Shown piece after piece: positions 29,613 to 40,463 of a stretch of DNA of 64,000 bases. The first letter of the stretch is position 1; every line of letters begins with the position of its first letter. Source of the DNA: a virus; IMG/VR virus record IMGVR_UViG_3300030019_000008. One strand, 5' to 3'. The notes under the pieces are model-generated. The model had not been told where the DNA came from. It saw nothing but the letters and a program-made list of their open reading frames with translations, and made no database searches. The position numbers and the translations under genes were made by a program.

Positions 29613-32176
29613 TGGCCGAGAACTACCTGGTTGATCAGGCCGTGCGCAAAGTTTGGTGCACGCCTGATCAAGATAAGCAGGTGATATTCAAACCTGCGAG
29701 GATCTCACCGGCGGAAGGCACCAGGAACTATGTCCGTGTGATGTGGAGAAATGTTGATCTTCCCACATCGGAAATCTTCCATGTCTTTCAGATTGGACAG
29801 ATTTACTTCTCAGCACTGAACTTGCTACCCAAGTCCGAAGAATGGGTGTTGTTCAGCGATGCGTGTAATGCTGAGAAGTTGATCGTTGAGATCTACAATT
29901 CATCCGGTATCAGAATGCCTCTTCATCGGTGCTATTACAGAAAGACCGAAGACAGGGATCTGATCATTGCAGTGCCACATCTTCAATTGGTGCCGGCGCG
30001 GTTTGGTAAGGAGGATTTGTTTATCCACTTCTACTCGAATGCGTATTTTAATTCGGTTCGTGGAAGTGCGACCAATGACATCATCTATGTGGCTGGGGAT
30101 ACACCCACGACGATGGATGAGTTACTGGCGATGCAGCACATGGCGGCTAAGTACAGAGCCATGGAAGGAGCAGTGCTCACCTATGTGAACGGATATCTGA
30201 CATCAGGTATCGATCCCTTCACTGCTAAGGTAGGCGACGTGGTAGAGCTGATCTATGATAGTTCTATTGATCATGTGGTTGATGTACCTATCTCTGAGCT
30301 GCAAACATTCGTGAGTGAGATGGATAAGGAGCGCAAGTACCTCTTCCATCCTCCGATCATTGCGGGTGAAGAGAAAGTCATTCGGTACTTCGATGACAAC
30401 TCTCACTACATCTATCAAGCAGATGCTGCCGGTAGATTCAAGGGAGTCTACTACCACCTGAATCGTCCTGATGCTGTCCGGATGGCGACACATCGAGACT
30501 ACTCACTGCTGGTGAACAATGTGCTCACTCTGGGTAAGGTGATCGATTCGAACTCGAACATCCTGGACATGACTGCACGTATCTACATCAGGAAGTCCGG
30601 ATATGATCGGTCTCTGGTATATGAAGCGAGCAAGATCCACGAGCTCTACAAGTTGAGGGATAGTGACATTGTTCGGAGTCTGGTAGGAATAGACTCTGAC
30701 GTCAGTGTGTGGCAAGCCCCCAATCTGGAGCAGGCTGGCTATCCGGCAGTCATGGGAAGCACTACCCAAGAGCTGACGGTGTCTCTAGTGGAATCGATGT
30801 TTGGCTACAACGCCATCTCGAAGATGCTTGGAGAAACACCTCAGGCTGTCTACACCAAGAGCTCTCAGCAAGTCGCGGATGTGCCTTACGCACTGCAACA
30901 ACGAGCTGTAGGCTTTGAGTATGATTCTAACGGTGCCTTGATCGGTGCCTACCAGCATCTGCTCAATAATGTCTACATCTGTACAAATAGCTCAGCTTTC
31001 TTGGTAGAGCTGTTGGCAGGTACGTTGTCCAAGGGTTTCCATGAGATCTACGACGATAGCTTCACTGCGGATTCCACTCTGTCCTATCGTTATTACCTGC
31101 AAGAAATCTCGACGGGTAAGTGGACGGATGTGACGGGTGGTGCTCAATACACCATCGTCAATGGAACCTCTGTTTGGGGTGTGGATAAGAGCAAATTCGT
31201 GCCGATGGTTCGTAGCGACATGAATGTACTCTTCTACTCATTCGACAGGCTGGCTTTCAATGGCCCGATCGAGTTCAACCTCCAGCAGGTCAAGAGTATC
31301 AATGGAGTAGACACCAGTGTTGATATGCAGGTGCCATCCGGAGAGCTCGAGATCTGGATGAACGGCAAGCAACTCGCTGAGAACCTCGATTACTTCTTGG
31401 TATTCCCGAAGGTAGTCGTGACCAACAAGGCATTCTTGATTGATCCTCTCAATACCAAACAGCATTTCGATGTTCGTTGTAAGGGGTTCTGTAATCCGGA
31501 CTTCTCACACACCGTCGATGATGACACTGGATTCGTTCAGTATGGTCTGCTGTCGAGGAACAATAGGTTTGACTTGAGAGATGACCAAGTGCAGCACGTG
31601 GTAGTCAATGGTTGCTTCTACGCCAAGAATGAACTCCAGTACTTCGAGAACAGTTCGAATGTGTCTGTGGGTTCTGCGCTCGAGGGTAAGCCGTACTTCA
31701 TCCGGGATGTCGTGGTGCCTACCCGAGGACTGACAGTCTCGGATACTTATGCGCTCAAGAAGACTGCTGATGAGACCAATGCATCAGTGAGTGCGTACCT
31801 CACGAAGAAGCTGCCTGAAGTCAAACCGGAGAATCCTTCTCCCATTACGGAACGGTACTTTGTTTTCAGTCCGTTCTGCTGTCGCCTGATCTATGATCTG
31901 AAGAGTGAAGAGATTGCCAAAGCCACTATTCGTCAGCGCTACACCGACGATTTGCTGGCACAGATCTGTGCTCCGTACTTGTACTTGCTGGATTTTGATC
32001 CAGTGAGCGATGAGAATGCCCAGGACTCGAACTTTGTCTATGTGCACCCTCATAACCTCGAGACGGTAATCGATCTGGACATCTATCAATATACCATTGT
32101 GGCAAACGCTATCAGGGTGTATCTGAAGGATCGCGTCATTCTCTCTGATTTCGTCACAGTCTCCAGCGCGGCGTAA
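29612..32176 (+). CDS. virion structural/baseplate protein (phiKZ gp27-like)
   Basis: 854 aa; VWCTPDQD N-terminus; synteny sheath-gp28-gp27-gp26-terminase. Confidence 0.72.
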   Translation: MAENYLVDQAVRKVWCTPDQDKQVIFKPARISPAEGTRNYVRVMWRNVDLPTSEIFHVFQIGQIYFSALNLLPKSEEWVLFSDACNAEKLIVEIYNSSGIRMPLHRCYYRKTEDRDLIIAVPHLQLVPARFGKEDLFIHFYSNAYFNSVRGSATNDIIYVAGDTPTTMDELLAMQHMAAKYRAMEGAVLTYVNGYLTSGIDPFTAKVGDVVELIYDSSIDHVVDVPISELQTFVSEMDKERKYLFHPPIIAGEEKVIRYFDDNSHYIYQADAAGRFKGVYYHLNRPDAVRMATHRDYSLLVNNVLTLGKVIDSNSNILDMTARIYIRKSGYDRSLVYEASKIHELYKLRDSDIVRSLVGIDSDVSVWQAPNLEQAGYPAVMGSTTQELTVSLVESMFGYNAISKMLGETPQAVYTKSSQQVADVPYALQQRAVGFEYDSNGALIGAYQHLLNNVYICTNSSAFLVELLAGTLSKGFHEIYDDSFTADSTLSYRYYLQEISTGKWTDVTGGAQYTIVNGTSVWGVDKSKFVPMVRSDMNVLFYSFDRLAFNGPIEFNLQQVKSINGVDTSVDMQVPSGELEIWMNGKQLAENLDYFLVFPKVVVTNKAFLIDPLNTKQHFDVRCKGFCNPDFSHTVDDDTGFVQYGLLSRNNRFDLRDDQVQHVVVNGCFYAKNELQYFENSSNVSVGSALEGKPYFIRDVVVPTRGLTVSDTYALKKTADETNASVSAYLTKKLPEVKPENPSPITERYFVFSPFCCRLIYDLKSEEIAKATIRQRYTDDLLAQICAPYLYLLDFDPVSDENAQDSNFVYVHPHNLETVIDLDIYQYTIVANAIRVYLKDRVILSDFVTVSSAA

Positions 32177-32188
32177 TTGAAGACAAAC

Positions 32189-32214
32189 GAGTCTGGGTAG
32201 CAATACCCAGACTC
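32189..32214 (+). terminator. intergenic hairpin with GCAA loop
   Basis: 11-bp perfect stem. Confidence 0.55.
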
Positions 32215-32242
32215 ACTTCCGTAATTGAACAGGACATGAGAA

Positions 32243-33922
32243 ATGGCTGAATTCATTCCAGTGCCAGGAGTTAGTGGAGAGGATGGTATTGTTCCTCTCT
32301 ACAATCCCAATGGCCGATGGACCCAGTGGGCTCTGAAAGAGATCTACATGGGTAAACAAGGCAGTAAGCGGTATGTGCCCAAAGTCAATGACTGGGTATT
32401 CGATACTGACAACATGATCGCATACAAAGTCAAGTCGATCAATGCCACCACTTTCGTTTCCATTCTGGAACAGCTCAACCTCTCACTCTTCACGGGTGAA
32501 GAAGATGAGATCGATCTGATCCTGGGTGTGTCGATGGGGACAGGGCGTGGTACCTATCGTGTATTCTGCGATAAGAGCACCATCCCCTACAACTTGTCTG
32601 TGGATCGTCGTTATACGGTTCCGGGCACCGATGCCAAGTTCGTCAAGATCTTCCGGGGCACTGACCTGTCTGAAGTGAATGTGATCAGTGCAGTCTACGA
32701 TGCATCGAACACGCTCATCAGCACGACTGTTCCTCTGGAGGTGGTAAAAGAGACAGGCAACATCTCGATCAAGGCTGTGCCTACCTGCTCCACCAAGGCT
32801 GATCTGTCGGACAATGAGATCGTCTACGTGGTGGCCTACTCGGATGCTGGTCACGTGGTTCGAATGCAGGAGATGCTGGTCAAGAACACGGCATTCATCT
32901 CGACCACGGATCGTTCTGTCAAGTACATCACCGGTATCTCCATGAAGAGCCCCTTCATGAGTACGTCTGATGATGACCTGATCAACTATCCGCTCAATGT
33001 GCCTCTGGTGAGTATGAACCTCATTGGCGTAGTCGCATACAGTGACGGCACCACAGCAGAGATTCCTGTGGACGGTACGAAGTTCGAAGCCTTTGGTTTC
33101 GATACCTTTGTATCGACTCAGGCAGGCGAACAGTTTGAAGTCACGCTCAAGTACAGTCTCTCGTCCGACGAGGTGTGCTATGAGGCTAACCGTGTAACGG
33201 ATGATAAGTTCATCACGCGTGTCTTCAAGGCTCAGGTGGTCAAGTGGAATGGTGCCTATACCTGCAAGCTCTACGGCTTCCCGTATTGGGATGCTACGAC
33301 GAATGCTTACAGGCTCGAGTGGTTCCTCTTCAACATGGAACGCTCGAAGGCTCAGCGTGTCACTCCGTTTGTGCGAGTGGAAGATACCAGCAACCCGTTC
33401 ATCCCCACTGCCTACGGTTCGATGCAAAACCTCGTGGTCTCTTTGAATCTGCGCGATGTCGACAATAGCTACACGGCTTACAAGCACGTGCAGACCGTCG
33501 GTATTGCTCTGTTCAAACCGCCAACCGAGTCTGGCACCAAGTGGACAGTGACGTTCGATCCGAATCAGAAGCCTGTGTTCGGTGAGAACAACGCCATGAC
33601 CTTCAAGTTCATCAATGAGAACCTGAAGAAACTGGATCTGTCCATGGGGATGAGTAGTAAGGATGAGTGGTTGACTCGTCTTTATACATATGCTCGTCCT
33701 CAGATCAACCTGCAAACTGAAGCAGTGGCACCGACTCCGAACTTCTTCGCCGTCATCATTGGTAGCAACAGAATCGAGTACTCCATCGATAACTGGAACT
33801 CCGTCATTGATGCTGGTGTGGATCTCTATAACGGGGCTTCTGTCTTCATCGAGTTCTTCAAACGTACGAGCACGAATGACTTGCACCTGGCTATCGCTGG
33901 CGTGCCGGCTATTCAGAACTGA
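32243..33922 (+). CDS. virion structural protein (phiKZ gp26-like)
   Basis: 559 aa, beta-rich; synteny. Confidence 0.72.
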   Translation: MAEFIPVPGVSGEDGIVPLYNPNGRWTQWALKEIYMGKQGSKRYVPKVNDWVFDTDNMIAYKVKSINATTFVSILEQLNLSLFTGEEDEIDLILGVSMGTGRGTYRVFCDKSTIPYNLSVDRRYTVPGTDAKFVKIFRGTDLSEVNVISAVYDASNTLISTTVPLEVVKETGNISIKAVPTCSTKADLSDNEIVYVVAYSDAGHVVRMQEMLVKNTAFISTTDRSVKYITGISMKSPFMSTSDDDLINYPLNVPLVSMNLIGVVAYSDGTTAEIPVDGTKFEAFGFDTFVSTQAGEQFEVTLKYSLSSDEVCYEANRVTDDKFITRVFKAQVVKWNGAYTCKLYGFPYWDATTNAYRLEWFLFNMERSKAQRVTPFVRVEDTSNPFIPTAYGSMQNLVVSLNLRDVDNSYTAYKHVQTVGIALFKPPTESGTKWTVTFDPNQKPVFGENNAMTFKFINENLKKLDLSMGMSSKDEWLTRLYTYARPQINLQTEAVAPTPNFFAVIIGSNRIEYSIDNWNSVIDAGVDLYNGASVFIEFFKRTSTNDLHLAIAGVPAIQN

Positions 33923-33936
33923 TCTACTTGCGTCAA

Positions 33937-33970
33937 AGCATCCATCCAATCCTTTGATTGGATGGATGCT
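33937..33970 (+). terminator. hairpin after gp26-like gene
   Basis: 15-bp perfect stem. Confidence 0.65.
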
Positions 33971-33998
33971 GTATTATCCGCATTAAGGATATAACAAA

Positions 33999-34532
33999 AT
34001 GAAGAACTTTACCACACTGCTCAAAGTTGAGAAATTCAGTCTTGAAGTGATCCTCAGAACACAAAGCAAAACTCTGCCTGAAGGGTTCACTCTCACACAT
34101 GCTACAAGAGACATGGCTAATCACCTTGCTGAGTTCCGGAATAAAGGAGCCAAGGAGTTCAAGTCTGCTTCCTATGTCACAATTGAGAATGAGATTCGCA
34201 ACATCGAAAGCTTCACAGCTGAAGATGCGATCTACATTGTTCTGGAGCATAAAGGCAGCATTGTCGGTGCTGTCTGTGCTCAGATACAGAACGATCCAGT
34301 CACAGGCATGTCTGTTTACATCAGTAAGCTGCTGGTGCTGAAAGAATTCAATGGAAAAGGGTTTGCAACTGCCTTGATGACAGTTGCTGAAAAATGGGGT
34401 GCATCTAAAGGCATCATGGTAGTGATACTGTCCGTGTATGCTGATAACAAGACTGCGCTTCGTCTCTATGAACATTCAGGTTTTAAAGAGCTCGAGAAAG
34501 TCACCTATTACGATATGGTGAAGAGGCTCTGA
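33999..34532 (+). CDS. GNAT-family N-acetyltransferase
   Basis: acetyl-CoA motif EFNGKGFATALM and VYADNKTALRLYEHSGF. Confidence 0.88.
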   Translation: MKNFTTLLKVEKFSLEVILRTQSKTLPEGFTLTHATRDMANHLAEFRNKGAKEFKSASYVTIENEIRNIESFTAEDAIYIVLEHKGSIVGAVCAQIQNDPVTGMSVYISKLLVLKEFNGKGFATALMTVAEKWGASKGIMVVILSVYADNKTALRLYEHSGFKELEKVTYYDMVKRL

Positions 34533-34548
34533 TCAAGGGAAGATTATC

Positions 34549-36684
34549 ATGGCGATCCTGTTCGGTTCTGACTGGACTAAGCACTCCTTCGCAATTGCTG
34601 ATACACAAACAAAGAACCAGTCCTTTGTCAGGCTGGCATCTGTGTATCGATTGATGGGAATTAAGAATCACGCATTTATCCTAGCGCTTCACAACCCAAA
34701 CCTTCAGGGTGTCGACCCATTCGATCCAGATCTGACTGCTGAACAGATGGCGATGATCGCTCTGGAAGCAAAAGAAAATCCGTGGTACTGCTTGAGAGAA
34801 CTTTTACGCGCTGCTCCTTTGTCGGGAGCAGACGGCGTTCCTGTTGTGGCTAACCGAGGCATCATTGCGCTCTGGTGGAGTTTCTTTGTCCACGCACAGA
34901 TCATTCTTATCCAGCCTCGTCAGACGGGGAAGAGCTTTGGTGCTGATGGATTGATGGCTGTCCTTTTGAACATCATGGGTGTGAAGACTCACATCAACTT
35001 GATGACGAAGGATGACAACCTCAGACGTAAGAACATCCAGCGTATCAAGGACATCATTGCTGAGTTGCCTAGTTATCTCATTACGATGACAAAGGCAGAT
35101 GCGAACAATGGTGAAGAAATCACTGTTGATCAGCTCGGCAACACATTCAGTACTCACGTTCCTCAAGCATCCAAGAAACGCGCACTGAACATGGGTCGTG
35201 GTCTCACATCCCCCATCTTCTTGATCGACGAAGGCCCATTCCAAGTAAACCTGGAAACAGCACTTCCTGCTGCTCTGGCATCTACAGGTGCAGCTATGGA
35301 ACGGGCACGGGAACTCGATGCTCCACATGGCGTGATCTTCACAACCACGGCCGGTAAGCGAGATGACCCTGATGGCAGGTATTTCTACAAGCTGTTGATG
35401 GAATCGGCAGTCTGGACTGAAAAGTTCTTTGACATTGAGAACATCGAAAAGCTCAGAGAAACTATCTGCGCCATGACCAAGCGTGGAGACTACCGAATAG
35501 CTGCTGTATTCAACCACCGCATGCTCGGTAAGAGTGACGACTGGCTGCGCCAGCGCATTCGTGAAGCATTGTCTGAAGGTGAGGATGCTGAGCGCGACTA
35601 CCTTAATAGGTGGACGTCAGGTAATGAATCGCATCCGCTTTCTCAAGAAGTCCTCGATCGCATTAATAAGAGTATTGAGGAAGTAGTCTTCACTCAGTTC
35701 TTCGACAAGTACCCGTACGTTGTGAGATGGTACAAAGAAGAGCATGAAGTCATGCGTAAGCTCAATGAAGGCACAGTGTTGGTAGGCATTGACACCTCCG
35801 ATGCTGGAGGCGGGGATGATATCGGACTGGTCTTTACAGATGCTTCTACAGGCGGTACTTTGGGAGGTGCTACGATCAATGAGACGAACCTCATCAAGGT
35901 GGCTCAGTGGTTTGTGCATCTGTTGGAGACTTACCCACGGCTCTTCATGATCCCTGAGCGTCGCTCAAGTGCCATCACCATCATCGACTATCTGCTGCTC
36001 TTCTTGCCTGAGAAGGGGATTGATCCTTTCAAGAGGATCTATAACCGTCTCGTGCATGAGTCTGAAGAGAGGCATGAGCAGTTCCTCGAGATCAGTCGCC
36101 CCATGAATAGGCGTGATGTTAACGTCTATGTCAGGTACAAGAAGGAGTTTGGTTTCGCCACCAGTAGTTCTGGTATCAATGCACGCAGTGAGCTCTATGG
36201 TAAGTGCCTGCGTATGGCTACTAACCGTTGTGGTGCGTTGGTCAAGGATCGTGTGCTGATTGGTCAGGTCAATACCCTCACCATGAAGAATGGCCGTGTT
36301 GACCACGAGGATGGCGCTCACGACGATATGATCATCGGGTGGCTACTCACCCACTGGTTCATGACATCGGCCCGTGGCATGGCGTATTACGACATTGACT
36401 CTCGTATCTTCTATAGCTCTTTGGTCATCACCCAGGATATGGATTATGGTGAGAGAAACAAAGCTATGGAACAGATTCACATTCGTCGGCGCATTGAAGA
36501 AATATACGACGAACTAATCAATACGAGCGACGAAGTGATTGTCATGAAACTGGAACACGAACTCATGCTTCTTGACAGGCGTATTGTCCTGAGGAATGAC
36601 GATGTCTATTCAATCGACGATATCTTGAGACAGACCAGAGAAGCCCGCAAGAATTCCAAGTTCAGGCGACGTCTGCAAAGATAG
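34549..36684 (+). CDS. terL: terminase large subunit
   Basis: Walker A PRQTGKS, Walker B FLIDE, TTTAG motif III, RNase H nuclease GIDTS...HDD. Confidence 0.93.
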   Translation: MAILFGSDWTKHSFAIADTQTKNQSFVRLASVYRLMGIKNHAFILALHNPNLQGVDPFDPDLTAEQMAMIALEAKENPWYCLRELLRAAPLSGADGVPVVANRGIIALWWSFFVHAQIILIQPRQTGKSFGADGLMAVLLNIMGVKTHINLMTKDDNLRRKNIQRIKDIIAELPSYLITMTKADANNGEEITVDQLGNTFSTHVPQASKKRALNMGRGLTSPIFLIDEGPFQVNLETALPAALASTGAAMERARELDAPHGVIFTTTAGKRDDPDGRYFYKLLMESAVWTEKFFDIENIEKLRETICAMTKRGDYRIAAVFNHRMLGKSDDWLRQRIREALSEGEDAERDYLNRWTSGNESHPLSQEVLDRINKSIEEVVFTQFFDKYPYVVRWYKEEHEVMRKLNEGTVLVGIDTSDAGGGDDIGLVFTDASTGGTLGGATINETNLIKVAQWFVHLLETYPRLFMIPERRSSAITIIDYLLLFLPEKGIDPFKRIYNRLVHESEERHEQFLEISRPMNRRDVNVYVRYKKEFGFATSSSGINARSELYGKCLRMATNRCGALVKDRVLIGQVNTLTMKNGRVDHEDGAHDDMIIGWLLTHWFMTSARGMAYYDIDSRIFYSSLVITQDMDYGERNKAMEQIHIRRRIEEIYDELINTSDEVIVMKLEHELMLLDRRIVLRNDDVYSIDDILRQTREARKNSKFRRRLQR

Positions 36685-36701
36685 ATGAAAGGAGTGATGC
36701 A

Positions 36702-37355
36702 ATGGCAGGCTTGAGGGTTAAGATTCACAAACTGCCTCTTGACCAGACGTTCTGTGTATTTGAGCCTCAACAGAATGATTCGATTGTTACCCTGGGTTTT
36801 CGGAATCGATCTGAGAGGAGAACGGAGGTGCGCTATCAAGTAGCACCTGCCAATCTTCGGCACATAATCGATGAAGATTCCGAAACTCTCATGGTCTATG
36901 CATTCGATGAGAGAAAGAAGGAGAACATAAACGTTCCCAAAGGCTTCAAATTGCTCGTTAAAACGATTATCCGAGAGATGGAGGCGTACGCCTACCTCGG
37001 ACAGTTTACAGCGCAGCCAGGGACCTTTAATCTCTTGCAAGACACTGTTCAAGATGTAGTGGTTTCATTTCCTGGTTACAAAGCAAAGAGCTACACAGTT
37101 CGCACTGAAGTAATGGGTGATGGAATAAGTGTGGAGCCCTCGACACAAGCTATTGATGGCGCTGCACCCATTCATTTCACTGTGAGTAGAAAGAAAGGCT
37201 CATCTCCTGCTGGCTCCATCAGATTTTACATTGATGAACTCAAGTTGCGAACGACGATTGATTTCAGTTGTATTCAATATGACGTAATCAATGGCCAGGA
37301 GATCAGTTTGCTCAGTGCTTACACCTATGCTCGAAACATTGCTTCTGGTGAATAA
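36702..37355 (+). CDS. hypothetical protein
   Basis: 217 aa, AAGGAG RBS, downstream of terminase. Confidence 0.75.
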   Translation: MAGLRVKIHKLPLDQTFCVFEPQQNDSIVTLGFRNRSERRTEVRYQVAPANLRHIIDEDSETLMVYAFDERKKENINVPKGFKLLVKTIIREMEAYAYLGQFTAQPGTFNLLQDTVQDVVVSFPGYKAKSYTVRTEVMGDGISVEPSTQAIDGAAPIHFTVSRKKGSSPAGSIRFYIDELKLRTTIDFSCIQYDVINGQEISLLSAYTYARNIASGE

Positions 37356-37372
37356 GAGCAAAAAAAAATAGA

Positions 37373-37405
37373 CATACCAGAGAGGGGATTCCCCTCTCTG
37401 GTATG
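37373..37405. terminator. bidirectional terminator
   Basis: near-palindromic 15-16-bp stem with A-run at 37360-37368. Confidence 0.75.
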
Positions 37406-37425
37406 CTACGCATAATTGAACTGGG

Positions 37426-37896
37426 TTACTTCTTGACTACCCAAGCACGCTTCTTAACGTCAAAGGCATGAGTGTTCGTCACGCCCTTATCTACCCATTC
37501 AATACTCATGGCATCCTTGGCGGTGTAGCCTGCCCTGGTATAGGCAATCTCCACGCTAGGACCATGTACCACCTTGCGAGTACCGTTCTTCCAGTAGACG
37601 GTATAGAAGTCATCGTCGTCCACTTCGGTGAGAACAGACTCGGGAGTACTGATGATGTTCCTGTATTCATCTCCCATGAAGAAGAGATGATCCAGGAGAG
37701 CGATCATTTGCTTGCTGGCAAGAAGCACATCAAGATCAGCATCAGATCTTGCTTTATCCGGCAGGGAAAAGAGCCTGCGCTTGATTTCAGCGTAGTCCCT
37801 TTTGAACTTATCAACTTTGTAAGCATTACGTACCACTGCCGCATTGAGAGCGCGGATTGTATCCTCGTTCAAATCGATGATCATGATGATCTCCAC
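37426..37896 (-). CDS. hypothetical protein
   Basis: ~150 aa ORF. Confidence 0.7.
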   Translation of the reverse strand: MEIIMIIDLNEDTIRALNAAVVRNAYKVDKFKRDYAEIKRRLFSLPDKARSDADLDVLLASKQMIALLDHLFFMGDEYRNIISTPESVLTEVDDDDFYTVYWKNGTRKVVHGPSVEIAYTRAGYTAKDAMSIEWVDKGVTNTHAFDVKKRAWVVKK

Positions 37897-37963
37897 ATTC
37901 GTTAGGTCTGGTGTCTCTATCCTCCTTGTTCACGTTGAGACATACTAGTTGACCGAAGGGGTT

Positions 37964-38281
37964 TCACTGCAAAATTCTGAAATGCTCGCTAATCGAGACC
38001 GTCTCCTCTTTGGGTACGGTAATCTCGCTGCGCTTGTCAAAGAACGGATTGTAGACAATCATCTTGTCCGGCTCTCGGGTCAGTGGCGACGCATTAACCC
38101 TGAGCGTGACTTCAGTCTTGTCATTCAATCTTGCCTTGAGGTAGGTTTTGTGCACCTCAATGGATGTGACTGCTGAGTAAAGTTTTTTGGTTGAGAGAAA
38201 TGCCATCAAAGAGCTGGCAAATCTGGCTCTGTCGATACGGCTTTTGATCCACAGTTCTGGAAACCTGAATCGCACACTCAT
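37964..38281 (-). CDS. hypothetical protein
   Basis: 105 aa, AGGA RBS. Confidence 0.65.
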   Translation of the reverse strand: MSVRFRFPELWIKSRIDRARFASSLMAFLSTKKLYSAVTSIEVHKTYLKARLNDKTEVTLRVNASPLTREPDKMIVYNPFFDKRSEITVPKEETVSISEHFRILQ

Positions 38282-38518
38282 GATGCATTTTCCTATATAC
38301 CGGCATAACCTCCACAGGCATTTCTACCTGTGGAGGAGTGCCAACAAAAGACGACGGTTGAATGTGGAGATCATCAAAGATAATCTCTCGGTTCTTCCAA
38401 TTTTGTCGAGGTCAATTCTTTCAAGCAGTCAGATCCGTATCTGGAGAGGTAGGTGGGGAATCTCTCTTGAATGATTTCTCTCATACTATACAGCAAATTT
38501 TTGACTCGTCTCATAATT

Positions 38519-38535
38519 GTAATATGTGACTGATC
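38519..38535 (-). promoter_or_regulatory. early-type promoter
   Basis: GATCAGTCACATATTAC. Confidence 0.6.
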
Positions 38536-38551
38536 AAAACCACATCACAGC

Positions 38552-39778
38552 TTACCCGTAATGGCTCTTGGTATATGTGCGAGCCACCACATAGAGCATC
38601 AGACCCGTACGCACAGACGCGATAGTGTTCTTGTTCTTGTTACCCGTGGCCATGGTAACAATCGTCTCAGCCTGACTACGAATAGCAAACAACACTTCTT
38701 CTGTGGAACGGGAAGATGTGTAGACGCCCTTGATCTGAGAGAGCAATCCAGGGAGCTTGACAGAGTTGCGAACCAGAGACACATGGTCAGACAGATATGC
38801 AAAACTGTGCGTGAGCGTCTCGTCGACAAATGCAGTCACAAGCTGCGAGTTCTTCTGCTTGGAGTACTCCTCACTCACCCAGATCAAAGTCTCTCTGAAG
38901 AGCTTAGGAGGCATGGTATGAACGATGTTCTCGATCGTTGCTACCAACTCATCCTTGACAAAAGAAGCCTGATCCCCCAGAACAGAGAAGATGTACTGCT
39001 TGTAGTTGGCCAGGCCCTTGACACGATCCTTGAGCACAGAGCTGCCATCGAACTCCACTAAGTCAGACGAAGATGTGATCTTCACGCCGCTTCTGTGAAC
39101 ATCTCGGAATACCGTATAGATGTTCTTGACCATGTCACGGATACGACCCTGGGAATCATTGACCACACCCACGAGTTCCTTGTCATCATTCATCTTGGAA
39201 ATGACGGAGAACTTCTTACCTTCCCGACTGGTGATGTCACAAGCACGGTTGTAGAGCACGTTATACCAAGTGCCATACTGTTTGATGGCGAACTTGTTGG
39301 ACAAGGATACATAGGTAGCCTCAGCCACACTCTCTTCAGCAGGATAGATGAAGTGCCTAACAATACGACTGGTGATGTACCGGTAGTTGAGCACGAGCAT
39401 CACATCAATCATGCCGGCGTCTTTTTGCTTGTCAGAGAGCTTGTGTGAATTCCAGATGGCGTGTGCCAACCAAAAACACGAGAGGTTGAATGCATCGCTG
39501 GAGACGTTGTACTCGGGATTGATACCCGGCACTTCATCAATACGTTCTTTGAGCTCAACCTCATCTGCCTGAAGGATCTCATCGAACCAACGATTGTTGT
39601 CAGTGGGAGTGAAGCGCACGCGCTGTACTCCCAGCACATGCCCGCCGAAGAATGATGCGTGTTCTTCATTCTTACTTACGAAGCCTACCTGATAAGCGTT
39701 CAGGCGCTTCAGAAAGTTCTGATTGATATCCAAATCAGAACAGACGTCATCAAAAACGTCCCTAACTAGTTTATCCAT
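38552..39778 (-). CDS. hypothetical protein, probably jumbo-phage core
   Basis: 408 aa, helical; no motif recognised. Confidence 0.75.
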   Translation of the reverse strand: MDKLVRDVFDDVCSDLDINQNFLKRLNAYQVGFVSKNEEHASFFGGHVLGVQRVRFTPTDNNRWFDEILQADEVELKERIDEVPGINPEYNVSSDAFNLSCFWLAHAIWNSHKLSDKQKDAGMIDVMLVLNYRYITSRIVRHFIYPAEESVAEATYVSLSNKFAIKQYGTWYNVLYNRACDITSREGKKFSVISKMNDDKELVGVVNDSQGRIRDMVKNIYTVFRDVHRSGVKITSSSDLVEFDGSSVLKDRVKGLANYKQYIFSVLGDQASFVKDELVATIENIVHTMPPKLFRETLIWVSEEYSKQKNSQLVTAFVDETLTHSFAYLSDHVSLVRNSVKLPGLLSQIKGVYTSSRSTEEVLFAIRSQAETIVTMATGNKNKNTIASVRTGLMLYVVARTYTKSHYG

Positions 39779-39790
39779 GGTAGTGTCCAG

Positions 39791-39852
39791 AAAAAAAAAG
39801 AGTATCTCAAACTATAGCACCAGCTCCCTGACCGAAGTCGAGGGAGCTGGTG
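39791..39852 (-). terminator. intrinsic terminator
   Basis: CACCAGCTCCCT/AGGGAGCTGGTG stem, T-run further downstream on minus strand. Confidence 0.65.
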
Positions 39853-39873
39853 TTTCTAGCCGGAGACGAGGTA

Positions 39874-40362
39874 TTACTTGCCGAAGCGTTCGCGCGCGGC
39901 GGTCGACAGGGCGGTCTTGACGGCGACGATGTTCGCGGCCTTCGAGCTGGTGCCCGAGATGACGACCTTGCCGGTCAGCACACCGAAGCGTTCGACTTGT
40001 TCATTGCCGTTCGGAACCATGGCGCTGCGGCGATAGCCGAATTCGACGTGGTCACGACCGCCGACCGAGATGGTCGTGTCGACTTGCTTGAGGTCCTTGT
40101 TGGCGACGAAGGCGTTGTTGCCAACAAGGCCGGTGGCGTAGCCGGCAGCGGCGTAGAACTTGGAGAAGGCATCGCGGCGGGCAGCTTCGGACTCTTCGGT
40201 GATGCCGAAGGGTGCGACGAATTCATAGAACGGCTTGGCGTCGAGCTTCAGCTCAGCGGTCGTGGCACCGGCGGGGATTTCGAGCTTGGCCAGAGCAGTC
40301 TGGATTGTTTCGGCGTTCTTGATGATTTCGGCGTCGAGGGGTTTGGTTTCTTTTTCAGCCAT
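39874..40362 (-). CDS. highly expressed 162-aa protein, candidate nuclear-shell protein ChmB (gp2-like)
   Basis: GC3-rich codons like chmA/phuZ; same strand as chmA beyond terminase; ChmB identity is inference. Confidence 0.5.
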   Translation of the reverse strand: MAEKETKPLDAEIIKNAETIQTALAKLEIPAGATTAELKLDAKPFYEFVAPFGITEESEAARRDAFSKFYAAAGYATGLVGNNAFVANKDLKQVDTTISVGGRDHVEFGYRRSAMVPNGNEQVERFGVLTGKVVISGTSSKAANIVAVKTALSTAARERFGK

Positions 40363-40463
40363 GGCTGAGTTTCCTTTCGTTACATGTAGGTATGTGTGTG
40401 AAAATGGGTACTGCTACTCTGCATGGGATACTGGGTAGCAGTTATTTTTTACTGCAAAGCTTG

